Shown: piece by piece, positions 51,701 to 62,321 of the stretch | Layout of the letters: the number at the start of each line of letters is the position of its first letter | Numbering within the stretch: the first letter of the stretch is position 1 | Assembly: GCA_964448115.1 (NCBI GenBank) | Contig: CAYUVA010000003.1 | Location: 62,001-126,000, forward strand | DNA: 64,000 nucleotides | From: an uncultured bacterium | Lineage (GTDB): Bacteria > CAYUVA01 | Direction: 5' to 3' | The notes under the pieces: generated by a model | Told to the model about the DNA's origin: nothing | The model's database searches: none | Seen by the model: only the letters and a program-made list of their open reading frames with translations | Position numbers and translations under genes: made by a program

Positions 51701-53026
51701 TTAACATCGCCCTTCGGTATTAGTTCCAAGCAAATATTGGATAATAATATCCCTTAGAACCTCTATATGCAAAGATTTTTGGTTAGTTACCTCTGCTGGC
51801 AGTATGCAAAAAGCATCATCCTGTGTATGCATGCCGCTGAAGTGGCTGGGGGTGAATTGCTGATGTTTGCTCACGGCTCCCTTGAGGTCAATTCCATTCC
51901 TGGGCAGTAGTAATATATCAGCCGCCTGGGGGGCAAACTCTCCGTGGTATATATCGCCGCCTTGGTTGATACTCCTAAAGATTGGGTTCTGTTTGGCTAC
52001 ATCATCACAAAGTTCGCCTAGTTCGCATATCATCCTCTCTACATAATGAGTTCTGTAAGACGATGGCACAATGCCGCATGGAAAGCGGGAAGCAGAGTTT
52101 ATATAGATCCTTCCCGGATCCAAAGAAAAACATAGGCTTCTTTTGCCGTCAATCTCGCTCAATCTGGTCGGCGCAGAACTTTTGAAATAAAGATATCCTT
52201 TATCCTGAAGATACACATTCAGATTGAACTCTTTCTCAAGGCTGCAAAATCCGTGATCAGAGAGGAAGATCTTATGGCAATTGGCTGGGATAAGCTCGAA
52301 AAGCTCGGATAATTGGCGATCTAGCTCGCGATAGTAATCGATAAAATCACCATGATGCGGATGCGTTGGATCATCGAAAGCATTGTATAGGACATGATGA
52401 AGACGATCGCTGCCTGTCTCGACTGCAATTAAAAGCTCCCATTGCTCGGCTTTAACCAGCACCTTGAACAGCTCGAAGCGAGCCTTGAGAGCCTTGAAAA
52501 GCTGTTCGATGAACCGATCAGGATCCCGCCTGGCAATGCTTACATCCACATCAAATGCATAACCACACTGTTCTAGCAGCCTCGCATAAGATCTAGGATA
52601 TACAGCCTTGCTGGGATCCGCGACTACGAAGCCGGATACCATGACTCCATTGAGCGCACGCGCCGGGTATGTTGACGGGATATTCAGAGCTAAAGTGCGG
52701 ATGCCGGTCAACCGGGGATCCTCCCAAATAACCGGTGCCTTCAAGTGAGTAAAATTAGGAAAGAATGTCTCATAGCTCCCCGGTTTTACATCCACGAAAC
52801 CAAATATCCCGTGTTCTCCAGGATTCTTGCCGGTCAGAAAGCTCGACCATGCCACAGATGAGATAGGGGGTATAGTTGTCTCCATCTGCTTGAGACTGGA
52901 GTTGCTGATTACCTCAGCGATAAAAGGGACAATGCCATCATCAGCCAATTCCCGGATCATACCATGAGGGACGCCGTCCAAGCCGAACACAGCGATCTTT
53001 TTGCCCGATATCCGATTAATCCTCAA
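51701..53026 (-). CDS. Type I phosphodiesterase/nucleotide pyrophosphatase family protein (paralog of 31615-32928)
   Basis: FGLDGVP, PPISSVAWSSFLTGKNPGEHGIFGF, LSDHGF, GMHTQDDAF. Confidence 0.85.
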   Translation of the reverse strand: MRINRISGKKIAVFGLDGVPHGMIRELADDGIVPFIAEVISNSSLKQMETTIPPISSVAWSSFLTGKNPGEHGIFGFVDVKPGSYETFFPNFTHLKAPVIWEDPRLTGIRTLALNIPSTYPARALNGVMVSGFVVADPSKAVYPRSYARLLEQCGYAFDVDVSIARRDPDRFIEQLFKALKARFELFKVLVKAEQWELLIAVETGSDRLHHVLYNAFDDPTHPHHGDFIDYYRELDRQLSELFELIPANCHKIFLSDHGFCSLEKEFNLNVYLQDKGYLYFKSSAPTRLSEIDGKRSLCFSLDPGRIYINSASRFPCGIVPSSYRTHYVERMICELGELCDDVAKQNPIFRSINQGGDIYHGEFAPQAADILLLPRNGIDLKGAVSKHQQFTPSHFSGMHTQDDAFCILPAEVTNQKSLHIEVLRDIIIQYLLGTNTEGRC

Positions 53027-56000
53027 CGGTCAGGTAGGGGAAGAGGTGGCTGAGTGCATCAAGATTGTTCATAGCTCGATACTCGACAAGGTACTGCGCT
53101 GCAGCAGCCCCAGCTTCCACTGGCAGAGCGCTAAAGCCATAAAGCCCGCTAGCCTCATCGATCACCGGCAGATAAACTCCTAGCGGCGATCCATTCATAT
53201 ATATCTCAACAAAGGCGATCCCTGCTCCACTGTTATCCTGCACGATGATATACAGGAAGAATGTACCCCCATCGCGAGTGGTGATGACCGTGTTCATATA
53301 GCCACCGGCTATGATCCTCGGCTTTGGCGCTGGTGTGGGGATCTCGGTAAAGGTCGCGGTAAAGGTCGGTGTCGGCGCTTCTTGAGTTGGGGTTGCAGTG
53401 GCGGTCAGGGTTGGCAGTGCGGTAGGACTTTGCGTAGCAGTGGATGTCGGCAGTGAAGTGGCGGTTTGACTGGGGGTCGCGCTCGGCTGGGTGGTTGATG
53501 TTGAGGTGGGAATTACAGTCTCGGTTGGCGTGCTGCTGGGGAGCGATGTCTCGGTCGCGGTCGGGGTAATGCTTGCGGTGGCTGTGGCGCTTGGGGTCAT
53601 GGTCGCAGTCGGGGTCATGGTCGGCAGCATGGTCTCTGTCGCCGTCGGGGTCATGGTCGGGATATCGGTGAAGGTGCTGGTCGGGGAGCTGGTGGCGCTT
53701 GGGGTCATGCTTGGAGTATGACTCGGAGTATTGCTGGGGGTACCTGTGGGGGTTGCAGTATCTGGCGGGATAAACGTAGTGTTCTGATCGAACCTTGCTG
53801 GTGCTGCCTCAATGTTGCCCAGCAGATCCACGCCGATGGTGTAGAACTCATAGTATCCCCAGCCATTCGCCTGGTTGATATCAAACAGTATCGGCGACTG
53901 GCTGAAGCTGCCATTGTATCGAGTCCATGCCTTCTCGGCGCTGCCATAGTATAGCTCGGCATGGCTGAAGCCGACACCGCTGTCGTTAGAATCAAAGCAT
54001 AACTCGAACCGCTCTTGACGGATGATCTGCGGAATCTCAAGAACCATAGTATCCGGCGCCCTGGCATCCTGGATCGATGAGACTACATTGGACCAGTTAC
54101 TCTCGGTCAGGTAGATATCCCTGAACTTGACCCGGTAGTAAAATTTCTCTCCCTCAGAAAGTCCACAGAACTGGTAATTAAGATCATCAACCCAATCGGA
54201 TTCATCGAAAATAACCTCGAAGCCAGGCTGCATCGCCGTCTGTGCAAGGTAATCAATGGCATTATTAGCGCTGCGGTCGCTCCAGTAGATCCGGTTGCAT
54301 AAGCCGGCTGTATAATCAGGCTCATCGTAAAGCTGTGGCGGCGGTCCGGCGGTGAAAGTGGCTGTTGGAGTTGCCGTCAAGGTTGCTGTAGGCGTTGAGC
54401 TTGGGATGCTGGTCGGCGTCGAGCTTGCTGTAAGCGTGGGTGTCCCGCTGGGGATCGAGGTCATAGTCGGCGATCCTGTCGGGGTACTGGTGGGAATAGT
54501 TGTATCCGTGGGAGTTGCCGTTGGGCTGCTAGTCGGCTCCGTGGTCGGGGTACCCGTAGGTGTAGCGCTCATCGTGCTGGTCGGTGTCAGAGAGGGGCTG
54601 GTGGTGGCTGTGGCGGTCGGCACCTCAGTCGGTGTAGGGGTTGCGCTCGATGTGCCCGTAGGGGTATTGGTCGGAATCGCCGTTGCCGTGGTGGTTGGGG
54701 TTGAGCTAGGCGTTCTTGTGCCGGTGCTGGTGGGGGTAGCAGATGATGTTGAGGTAGGGACCTGAGTAGCAGTTGCGGTCGCGGTCGGGGTTGCGGACGG
54801 AATAGCTGTATTCGTCGAGGTGGGCGTCAGGGTAACCGTGGCGGTTGGGATACCTGTATTGGTAGGAGTTCTTGTGGGGCTTGGGGTTATCGTTGGTGTA
54901 TTCGTGATAGTTGGTGTAAATGTCATCGTAGTCGTAGGTGTCGAGGAGGGTGTTCGCGTGGAGGTTAGTGTAGGAGTTCGACTTGGAGTCCGCGACGGCG
55001 TGCTGCTCGGAGTGCCGGTCTCGGTGGCAGTCGGGGTCAGCGATGGCGTATTGGTAGGGATAAGCGTAGATGTAGGCGTTGCGCTCGGAGTGCTTGAAGG
55101 CGTATGGCTTGGCGTTAAGCTCGGTGTCAATGATGGCGTATTTGTGGGCATCCCGGTCGGGGTGAAGGTGCTGGTTGGAAGCGTTGTTGCCGTGTTGGTC
55201 GGAGTCATGGTCATGGTTCCGGTAGGGGTGGCGCTCGGAGTAATAGTGGGCGAATTGGTCGGCGTTCTGCTGGGGGTGAATGTAGATGCGACAACCTGGA
55301 TGTTATAGTCGGCTCCATGTCCCCAGGCAGATAACTGCGGGCTTACTACAAAGTAATAAAAGCGTGTTTGCGGGTAGGTATATGATATGGACGCTTGTCC
55401 GGTATGCGGATCCGGCTGTGCTACATCGTAAACATCGATGGCGTTCCAGCTATACAGCGTGATGGCAGTGCGCACGCCAGGTCCCAGCCGATCCGTGTAA
55501 AAATGATAGTTAAGAGTATCTTGGGCCCAGATCTTGTGCCAGTCTTCATCACTCAACGTGCAGAATAATTCCTCAAGGCTATTGCCATTCGTGTCTATGA
55601 AGATTGCATTATCAGGGTCATCATTTGGCTCGTAGGGATCATCAACCCAGCACGGCGTATTGGTAGGCGTGTTTGAGGGTGTAGATGTCGGCGTTGGTGT
55701 CCCGGTCGGGGTTTGGGTCGGAGTAGTGGTAACCGTCTGCGTCGGTGTCATGGTTCTTGTTTGAGTCGGTGTCCCTGTCTCCGTGTTGGTTGGGGTCAAG
55801 GTGGGGGTGTTTGTCTCGGTCTGTGTCGGGCTTGATGTTGGTGTGCGTGTCGGTGTGGCTGTCTCGGTGCTGGTCGGGGTAAGGCTCGGAGTAAGCGATG
55901 GTGTTGTTGTGGGCACAGTTGTGCTAGTTGGAGTGAAGGTCGGAGTGAAGGTCGGGGTAGTTGTGGGCGTCATGCTAGGGGTTAGTGTAGGAGTATCCGT

Positions 56001-59000
56001 CGGGGTCAAGGTGGGAGTGAGGGATGGAGTATTAGTTGTAGTCGGAGTTGCAGATGGAGTCCTGGTAACAGTTTCAGTAGGCGTAGAGGTTGGGGTGATG
56101 CTAGGGGTATTGGTTTCAGTATAAGTAGGAGTCAGGCTCGGCGTTGCGCTTGGTGTCATGGTGGGCGTGTAACTGGGGGTGTTGGTCGGCGTTAATGTAG
56201 GTGTTTGCGAGGGAATGGTGGTCATGGTGCTGGTCGGTGTCAGGCTTGGCGTGTTGGACGGGGTATAGCTGGGAACTCCGGTTGCGGTAGGGGTGAGGGT
56301 CGGGGTATCGCTCGGTGTTATAGTAGGTGTCGGTGAGGGATAGGTTGTCGTGCCGTTTGTGATCGGTCCCTCATCGGTGATGTCTCCATTACCGTTGCGC
56401 GCATAGCATGAGAACTGGTAGGTTGTCCCCTCCTGAAGCCCATCGATATCGATTCCACTATCGCTACCCCATTGTGTCCTGGTCTGCCAGGTCATAACCG
56501 GACTCCAATCCCCGTTCTGATCTATATATCTAATGCCAATGGAGGAATGGTAGATCTTGATGGCATACTCGGTGCTCTCAGGGTTATTGGTTCCATGTAC
56601 AACTCGAACATTCAATGTGGTATAGTTTGTCGGATAATTGCTCACAATGGGAGCACCTGGTATGGCAGCATAAGTCCACTTGCGGCAATTACTTCCATCG
56701 CAAGCGCTATATGAAGTGGATATGCCATCGCCATTTATCGCTTTGGTGAAGAAAGAATATCGAGTGTTGGGCGTGAGATTTTGAACCACAAAGCCACTAC
56801 CTCCGCCGAATTCAAAGTAGGTGCCGATGGTGTTATCCGGATCCGTGCTGTCATCATCGACCTGGAGGTTATAGGTGTTCTTGTTTACCCATCTGTAAGT
56901 TCCGCTGTTGAACTCAACCATGGTAACAAAGCCAGTCCTGTAGTCAGTCGGATTAGCCTTAGGATCGATGTAGAATCGCAGCTCGGTATCCTTGTTCCCC
57001 GTATAATCGATGGCACTTATGTCCGGAGGTTGGCAAAGGGTATATTTCACACTTTGATTGCTATCAGCCGTCTCCACCAGATCCTCATTCCTGGCTCTGG
57101 TGGTAACGATATACTCGTTATTGGGGCTAAGTCCGTTGATCTTGGCATCATAGGAAGCCCATTGATTGATCGTGAACCAGGATGGATAGCCCTGCAAGGT
57201 TCCGTTGTGATCCGGCCACTGGGACATGGTATTGCAGTAAATTGTGTATTTCGTATATTCAGGATTTGAGGGGGAGCCGTTGTTTACCGTTACCTTCAGC
57301 GTGTCGTAATCGCCTGCTACCACGCAAAGAGTCGGTGCTCCTGGCTTGGATGCCAAGGTATAGACCGTCTTTTGATTGGAGGCTTGGCTGTCGCCAGGAT
57401 AGTTCCCGCCATCATGGATGAAAGCATAAATGGTCGCAGTATAATCATCATTCACATTGCAACCATTATAATCAAAGCTGGTTACATTGGGTGCGACCGT
57501 ATAGTTCTCCAAGCCGAGTATCTCCACCCTGAAGCCACTCTCATATATGGAATTATCGCTCCAGTTCCAGGTTATGGATGAGTTGGTGATATTGGTAGGA
57601 TCGTTTTGAGTCGGTGGATTGGGCGGCGCATAGAACATAACATCATAGAGATTGCTGCTCGAATAGTAATCCTGCCCCTCGTAGTTGCGCCGAGCTTTGA
57701 CGCGGAACTTGTAGCGAAAATCGATATCGCCGCTTTGCCAATTATAGTCATAGGATGTGCTAGCGGTGCTGCCGATGCTTGACCAAGCCATCCCATCCCT
57801 CCCTTTTTCGAGCACAAAGTCGGTCTCATTGGTCGAATTATCAGTCCAGGACATCTGCACGCCGATGGCGGTATAGCTAACCGTCAGGTCCGATGGGGCT
57901 GCATCGGGCGAGAAATCGAGCGTAACCGGGTCGCTCCACACGCCAGTCCCCTCCCTGCCGGATATATCATAGGGTTTCATATATGCCTTATAGGTCTTGC
58001 CATGCTCTCCATTTTCATAAGTATAATCGCCACTAGTGCCGATGTATCCACTAAATACAAGGAGATCATTCTCGGTGATCTCGCAATAGACATCGCTGAT
58101 TCCGGACCCGGGGCTATCCGATGGGGTTGACTCGAAGCTGACCTCCTTCGTATCTATCTGGCCGGTATAAGTCGGCGTAGAAATGGTCGGATCATCAGCA
58201 TCGCAGTAGATATCATCGCTTAGTACAGCGCTGTTGCCGACATTATCAACGATCTTGACATGGACCGTCTCGGTGCCGCTGCTGTTCATCCATCCCGTGA
58301 TGGTGATATATTTGTTATCCTCGAAGGTATAAACTTTTGGTGCTTCGCTAAAGTCTGTCGAGGCGCTATACTGATAATAATCTAATCCACTCCCTGAATC
58401 GGATGCTGCGCTCATGTTCAAGACAGCGCTTTCATTGCCCCAGTCGTACAATAAAACATTGGTAGTAGAATCATCCGAGCTTAACATATTGGAGAGATTG
58501 CCATGTGTCGGTTCTGTGCTATCAATCGAAAAAGTCCCACCAGTGCTAATATAATTGCTCCCATTGCCGGCGTTATCGTAAGTTCTGATTGCATAGTACC
58601 ATGTGCCGTCGCTCAAGCCTCCCGAACCGCCGGTAACCAATTGTGAAGTGCCTGTGCCCGATATGGTGTAGATCTTCTCATCGCCAGATCCGAATGATGG
58701 GTCTGAGCTGAAGTGTAACTCCGTCTTCTGAATGCCACTGCGATCCGCCGGCACGCTCCAGGTGAATGTGAACTGCTTGTACCAAGTGCCGGATAAAGGA
58801 TTGCTTGTCCATGATGGATCATTGACACCGTTATCGACATAGTAGATCTCGTACTCCGCTTTAATCTTCGGCGTATCCCTACAGTCCTCAGATGTCGAAT
58901 CCACACACTCTGTAGAAAGGTCTCCATTAAGGTTCCTCCATGCCCTGGATAAGCCACTAGCAGATATATCGTAGTGATTATTCTCGCACCAAAGATCATC

Positions 59001-59714
59001 CGGTCCATTCAGGGCTACATCATCATCTATTGCGCCTATTTTCACATCCAAAACATCAGTTCGGTTTGGGATGCCGATTGTATAAGTCACATTAGGACTG
59101 CCATGGCAGCATCCGCCACAAGGACTTGATTCACCCAAGCATTCCCATGAGCCAGTATTCTTCCACCAGACCGCAGACATAACATCAGCATTATCAGTAC
59201 CTAAAGCATCACCGCAACTTGGACAGCTACCACTTTGAATATCATAGTTATAAAGTTTTATAACCAACTCGTCATCCGTTTTTGATTTTTCACTCGGCAG
59301 TGGATCGCAGCGCCATCCGCCGTTGTCCGGGTAGAAAATGATCCCCTTTTCACAACCGCATGTCGGCACCTCTGGTATTTGCAACGCTTTGGGTAATCCG
59401 AGATAGGCGCGAATAAACCTGGTCATCCAGAAGCGGTACTCGGTATGACCATACTTCTCCTCCCAGGCTCGGACACGCTGGTAGTAGGGGCTTTTCTCCT
59501 TGTTTTCCAGGTACTCCACAACCCAGTCATTGTGCCCAGGTATGATCATTACCTTCTCATCATATCCTTCCGCCTTGTACCAGAAATAGTCAACGCCTTC
59601 GGTCATTTCAATGGGTTCACCGGTATCTTCATTGTAGATAACTGCAAAAACATGGCTTGAAATCAAGACAATAGAGACAATTATTATTATTTTTAAGATT
59701 TTTAATAGGTTCAT
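53016..59714 (-). CDS. Giant (2232 aa) secreted surface protein: Cys-rich N-domain, Ig/Fn3 modules, mucin-like Thr/Pro/Ser stalks, shared C-terminal GYMxT domain
   Basis: Signal peptide ...SHVFA; Fn3-like W.DNS.NE..F, GL.PN..Y, YRVK; three long TPT tracts; [10 protein letters not shown]-terminus GGYMNT...FPYLTVED. Confidence 0.8.
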   Translation of the reverse strand: MNLLKILKIIIIVSIVLISSHVFAVIYNEDTGEPIEMTEGVDYFWYKAEGYDEKVMIIPGHNDWVVEYLENKEKSPYYQRVRAWEEKYGHTEYRFWMTRFIRAYLGLPKALQIPEVPTCGCEKGIIFYPDNGGWRCDPLPSEKSKTDDELVIKLYNYDIQSGSCPSCGDALGTDNADVMSAVWWKNTGSWECLGESSPCGGCCHGSPNVTYTIGIPNRTDVLDVKIGAIDDDVALNGPDDLWCENNHYDISASGLSRAWRNLNGDLSTECVDSTSEDCRDTPKIKAEYEIYYVDNGVNDPSWTSNPLSGTWYKQFTFTWSVPADRSGIQKTELHFSSDPSFGSGDEKIYTISGTGTSQLVTGGSGGLSDGTWYYAIRTYDNAGNGSNYISTGGTFSIDSTEPTHGNLSNMLSSDDSTTNVLLYDWGNESAVLNMSAASDSGSGLDYYQYSASTDFSEAPKVYTFEDNKYITITGWMNSSGTETVHVKIVDNVGNSAVLSDDIYCDADDPTISTPTYTGQIDTKEVSFESTPSDSPGSGISDVYCEITENDLLVFSGYIGTSGDYTYENGEHGKTYKAYMKPYDISGREGTGVWSDPVTLDFSPDAAPSDLTVSYTAIGVQMSWTDNSTNETDFVLEKGRDGMAWSSIGSTASTSYDYNWQSGDIDFRYKFRVKARRNYEGQDYYSSSNLYDVMFYAPPNPPTQNDPTNITNSSITWNWSDNSIYESGFRVEILGLENYTVAPNVTSFDYNGCNVNDDYTATIYAFIHDGGNYPGDSQASNQKTVYTLASKPGAPTLCVVAGDYDTLKVTVNNGSPSNPEYTKYTIYCNTMSQWPDHNGTLQGYPSWFTINQWASYDAKINGLSPNNEYIVTTRARNEDLVETADSNQSVKYTLCQPPDISAIDYTGNKDTELRFYIDPKANPTDYRTGFVTMVEFNSGTYRWVNKNTYNLQVDDDSTDPDNTIGTYFEFGGGSGFVVQNLTPNTRYSFFTKAINGDGISTSYSACDGSNCRKWTYAAIPGAPIVSNYPTNYTTLNVRVVHGTNNPESTEYAIKIYHSSIGIRYIDQNGDWSPVMTWQTRTQWGSDSGIDIDGLQEGTTYQFSCYARNGNGDITDEGPITNGTTTYPSPTPTITPSDTPTLTPTATGVPSYTPSNTPSLTPTSTMTTIPSQTPTLTPTNTPSYTPTMTPSATPSLTPTYTETNTPSITPTSTPTETVTRTPSATPTTTNTPSLTPTLTPTDTPTLTPSMTPTTTPTFTPTFTPTSTTVPTTTPSLTPSLTPTSTETATPTRTPTSSPTQTETNTPTLTPTNTETGTPTQTRTMTPTQTVTTTPTQTPTGTPTPTSTPSNTPTNTPCWVDDPYEPNDDPDNAIFIDTNGNSLEELFCTLSDEDWHKIWAQDTLNYHFYTDRLGPGVRTAITLYSWNAIDVYDVAQPDPHTGQASISYTYPQTRFYYFVVSPQLSAWGHGADYNIQVVASTFTPSRTPTNSPTITPSATPTGTMTMTPTNTATTLPTSTFTPTGMPTNTPSLTPSLTPSHTPSSTPSATPTSTLIPTNTPSLTPTATETGTPSSTPSRTPSRTPTLTSTRTPSSTPTTTMTFTPTITNTPTITPSPTRTPTNTGIPTATVTLTPTSTNTAIPSATPTATATATQVPTSTSSATPTSTGTRTPSSTPTTTATAIPTNTPTGTSSATPTPTEVPTATATTSPSLTPTSTMSATPTGTPTTEPTSSPTATPTDTTIPTSTPTGSPTMTSIPSGTPTLTASSTPTSIPSSTPTATLTATPTATFTAGPPPQLYDEPDYTAGLCNRIYWSDRSANNAIDYLAQTAMQPGFEVIFDESDWVDDLNYQFCGLSEGEKFYYRVKFRDIYLTESNWSNVVSSIQDARAPDTMVLEIPQIIRQERFELCFDSNDSGVGFSHAELYYGSAEKAWTRYNGSFSQSPILFDINQANGWGYYEFYTIGVDLLGNIEAAPARFDQNTTFIPPDTATPTGTPSNTPSHTPSMTPSATSSPTSTFTDIPTMTPTATETMLPTMTPTATMTPSATATASITPTATETSLPSSTPTETVIPTSTSTTQPSATPSQTATSLPTSTATQSPTALPTLTATATPTQEAPTPTFTATFTEIPTPAPKPRIIAGGYMNTVITTRDGGTFFLYIIVQDNSGAGIAFVEIYMNGSPLGVYLPVIDEASGLYGFSALPVEAGAAAAQYLVEYRAMNNLDALSHLFPYLTVED

Positions 59715-59846
59715 CTTTTCAATGCTCGCTTTCGGTTATCAGCATATAATGTTAGCGCATATTGGCAGAAAAATACAGACTAGAAAGAATTTATTGCAGA
59801 AAATTCAAAGAATTACTCAACTAGGGAAGCTATTGATGATAAAGGA

Positions 59847-61520
59847 TTACTTGTAAGCCAGCAATGCGTAATCCTGTGGTGCAAAGAAGATCTCATTGAG
59901 CCTCTTGATGTCTGCATCCAGTCCCTCAAGAGCAGTGGACAATAGGCTATCCTTAATCAAATCTTTTCGTATGCCACTGCCCTGGAACATGTAATGATCG
60001 GGCACTGGATTCAGCTCGATGATCTCGCACTTGGAAAAGCCGTTGCTCAGAGCAAGAAACTTGATCGCTTCGGGATGCACTGGCTGAACATGGCTAAGGT
60101 CAAGAAGGTATGCGTTCAGCAGTGCGTGCAGAGATCGCGGATTGATCGTCTCAATGATCATAGTACCCCCGTCTTTAAGCTTTTTATATGACAACTTAAC
60201 CAGGCTCGTGATCTGTGAAGGGGTTAGATGCTCTACAACCTGAGCTGCAAAGATCGCGCCCAGAGAGGCATCCTCAAACTTTGCCAGACCTGCCTCGAAA
60301 TCCCCCTTGAATGCCTTCAGCCCCTTCTTCGCACAAAGCTCCACCATCTCCTCGTTGATATCGATCCCGAAGGCAACGATGCCATTTTTCTGTAACAGCT
60401 CCAGGAATTCTCCCCTGCCGCAGCCGACATCAACTACTGGGGTTCGGGTTTCAATATAATCCAGGTAGATCTTTTGGCGTTTGGTGATCTCCTCCTGGGA
60501 TCCGCGATATTCAGCCTCGAAGTTGAAGTAGTTGAAATCCTGGTTCGACTCTCTCTCCTTTAGAAGCTGCTTTTTGTCTTCTTTGCTCAAGGTTTCCTTG
60601 CTTATGGTGCTAAGGATGCGATCCAGCCGATTTTTATGCAACTGGAAGCTGCGCATAAGCCCTTCGATATTGCTGCTATAATATTCCTTCAATCTTCGCA
60701 GCTCTTTACTGGTCTCAATGTTGAATTCCTCCAGGGCACGATGAAGCTGGTTATCAGCTCGTTGCAACTGCTCGATATATTCAGCCATTTCCTTCCAGGT
60801 CTGCATAACACCATCCAGCTTTGCATCCAGGTGGCTCATCAACAGTTCGCTCCTGTGAACCAGCTTTTCGTTGTTCTGGTTAATCTTGCCTGCTAGTTGA
60901 TTATACTTCTCGATTATAAGCTGTTGATAATCCCTCTGCATCATGCGATCCCCTTCTGAGACCAGGTGCTGCACGCCGGGCATCAGGTTTTGCGTATAAA
61001 CAGCAACGCGCGAGTTGAAGGCGCCCTGCCTGGAAAAAGACTCTTGAAGTCCTGAGATTAATACATTCAATATTTGTACTAGATGGCTATTAAACTTGAC
61101 CTGCTGGGATAGGGCATTATTGAACTGCTCGCATATTGATTGGAGAATGCCGCTAAACATGCGGTTTCTTATCTTTCCCAGCAGCCTTCCACTAGCAGGG
61201 GGCTTGACTTCGGTCGCTATAGCATAAGCCTCATTTATAGCAGCAAGATTAGCATTTATCGCATCGGAACCCATGTCCTTAGATACAGTATCATAGGTAT
61301 GATTTATCTGCTCCATGTATGATTCAAGTGTCTTAAGGATTATCTCAGGGCTGCTGGATTTATCGATATCATCCACTTTTGTCTTTTCCATTTCAATCAT
61401 CGGGGTTTCGATAGGCGGGGGTTCTTGTTTGGATGCTTCAATTCGAGCTTTGGCGCGGATATCTTGCATTATCTTTGCCACATCTATTTTTTTCCCTGAG
61501 TCTTCATTTTGTTCGGACAT
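59847..61520 (-). CDS. Coiled-coil plus C-terminal class I SAM methyltransferase (surface-glycan-associated type)
   Basis: Long heptad N-terminal region; FEAEYRGSQEEI..RQ..Y, VDVGCGRGEFL, QVVEHL, IETINP, QDYA. Confidence 0.8.
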   Translation of the reverse strand: MSEQNEDSGKKIDVAKIMQDIRAKARIEASKQEPPPIETPMIEMEKTKVDDIDKSSSPEIILKTLESYMEQINHTYDTVSKDMGSDAINANLAAINEAYAIATEVKPPASGRLLGKIRNRMFSGILQSICEQFNNALSQQVKFNSHLVQILNVLISGLQESFSRQGAFNSRVAVYTQNLMPGVQHLVSEGDRMMQRDYQQLIIEKYNQLAGKINQNNEKLVHRSELLMSHLDAKLDGVMQTWKEMAEYIEQLQRADNQLHRALEEFNIETSKELRRLKEYYSSNIEGLMRSFQLHKNRLDRILSTISKETLSKEDKKQLLKERESNQDFNYFNFEAEYRGSQEEITKRQKIYLDYIETRTPVVDVGCGRGEFLELLQKNGIVAFGIDINEEMVELCAKKGLKAFKGDFEAGLAKFEDASLGAIFAAQVVEHLTPSQITSLVKLSYKKLKDGGTMIIETINPRSLHALLNAYLLDLSHVQPVHPEAIKFLALSNGFSKCEIIELNPVPDHYMFQGSGIRKDLIKDSLLSTALEGLDADIKRLNEIFFAPQDYALLAYK

Positions 61521-61601
61521 GGCATCTCCTTTTTAATGAAAGTAAGTCCCATGATATATCCAGGGAGCTTTATTATCAAGCCAAGTTTATCTTCGATCAA
61601 T

Positions 61602-61633
61602 AAAAAAAAGCTGCCCGAGTTTCCTCAAGCAGC
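61602..61633 (-). terminator. Rho-independent terminator after rplQ
   Basis: Minus strand reads GCTGCTTGAG-GAAA-CTCGGGCAGC followed by T8. Confidence 0.85.
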
Positions 61634-61728
61634 ACTTATAGATTATGCCTTGATCGGTTATCCTAACAAAAGGATGGCATAATTATTCTTCAGTATCCTT
61701 ATCCCTCTTATCATGTTCTTTATCAGAA

Positions 61729-62310
61729 TCAATAGGAATCTTCAGATGCCTTTTGATCGATTATCTTATCTTCTTCCCGTTCGAATTCTGAGCCTTCCTC
61801 CTCTTCGATCTCCTCGATTTCTTCATCTGCCTTTTCCAAGTGGGTTTTCACCACTTCCTTTGTTGGTCGGGTTTTTTCCTTTGCAGGCTTTTTCTTTGAC
61901 CTTCTGAATCTATCGCTAAACTTTTTCTTTTCGATCTTTTCCTCTTTGGTCTCTGCCAGACCGATAAGCTCAATAACCGCCATCTGCGCATTATCCCCCT
62001 TACGAGCACCGATTGGGATAATCCTTGTATATCCGCCGTTTCGGTCAGCAAAGTGAAGATTTATCTTGTTAAAGAGCTTAGCTACTACATCCTTACTTCT
62101 TATATAGCCATAAGCCTGCCTTCTGGCATGAAGTGTCTCTTGTTTAGCAAGGGTAATCATCTTTTCGACCCTTCTTCTAAGCACCTTTGCCTTGGGCAGG
62201 GTAGTTATGATTCTCCCGTTTTCCAGCAATGATGTGGTCATGTTTCTAAGCATTGCTTCTCTATGGGATGCTGTTTTACCCAGTTTTCCTTTTTGGGCTT
62301 TATGTCTCAT
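61729..62310 (-). CDS. rplQ: 50S ribosomal protein L17 with charged C-terminal extension
   Basis: MRH....KLG.T.SHR.AMLRN, TT..KAK, RNGGYTRI, R.GD.A.MA.IEL. Confidence 0.97.
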   Translation of the reverse strand: MRHKAQKGKLGKTASHREAMLRNMTTSLLENGRIITTLPKAKVLRRRVEKMITLAKQETLHARRQAYGYIRSKDVVAKLFNKINLHFADRNGGYTRIIPIGARKGDNAQMAVIELIGLAETKEEKIEKKKFSDRFRRSKKKPAKEKTRPTKEVVKTHLEKADEEIEEIEEEEGSEFEREEDKIIDQKASEDSY

Positions 62311-62321
62311 CTATCATCACC

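Noticed and set aside
50499-51707. Conjugative element implied by the TraF-like gene
   Set aside because: No relaxase, VirB4, coupling protein or integrase in the window. This barrel family also occurs outside conjugation systems.
53491-56124. Plus-strand Val/Gly-rich ORFs (VGVxVGV...), also at 36585-36875 and 37893-38084
   Set aside because: They are antisense shadows of the Thr/Pro repeat codons of real minus-strand genes.
54340-56345. Possible CRISPR array or DNA tandem repeat
   Set aside because: There is no constant repeat with unique spacers and no cas genes. The periodicity is explained by protein low complexity.
59098-59125. CGGCCH in the giant protein as a heme-binding site
   Set aside because: It is not a canonical CxxCH, is a single occurrence, and sits in a generally Cys-rich domain where disulfides are more likely.
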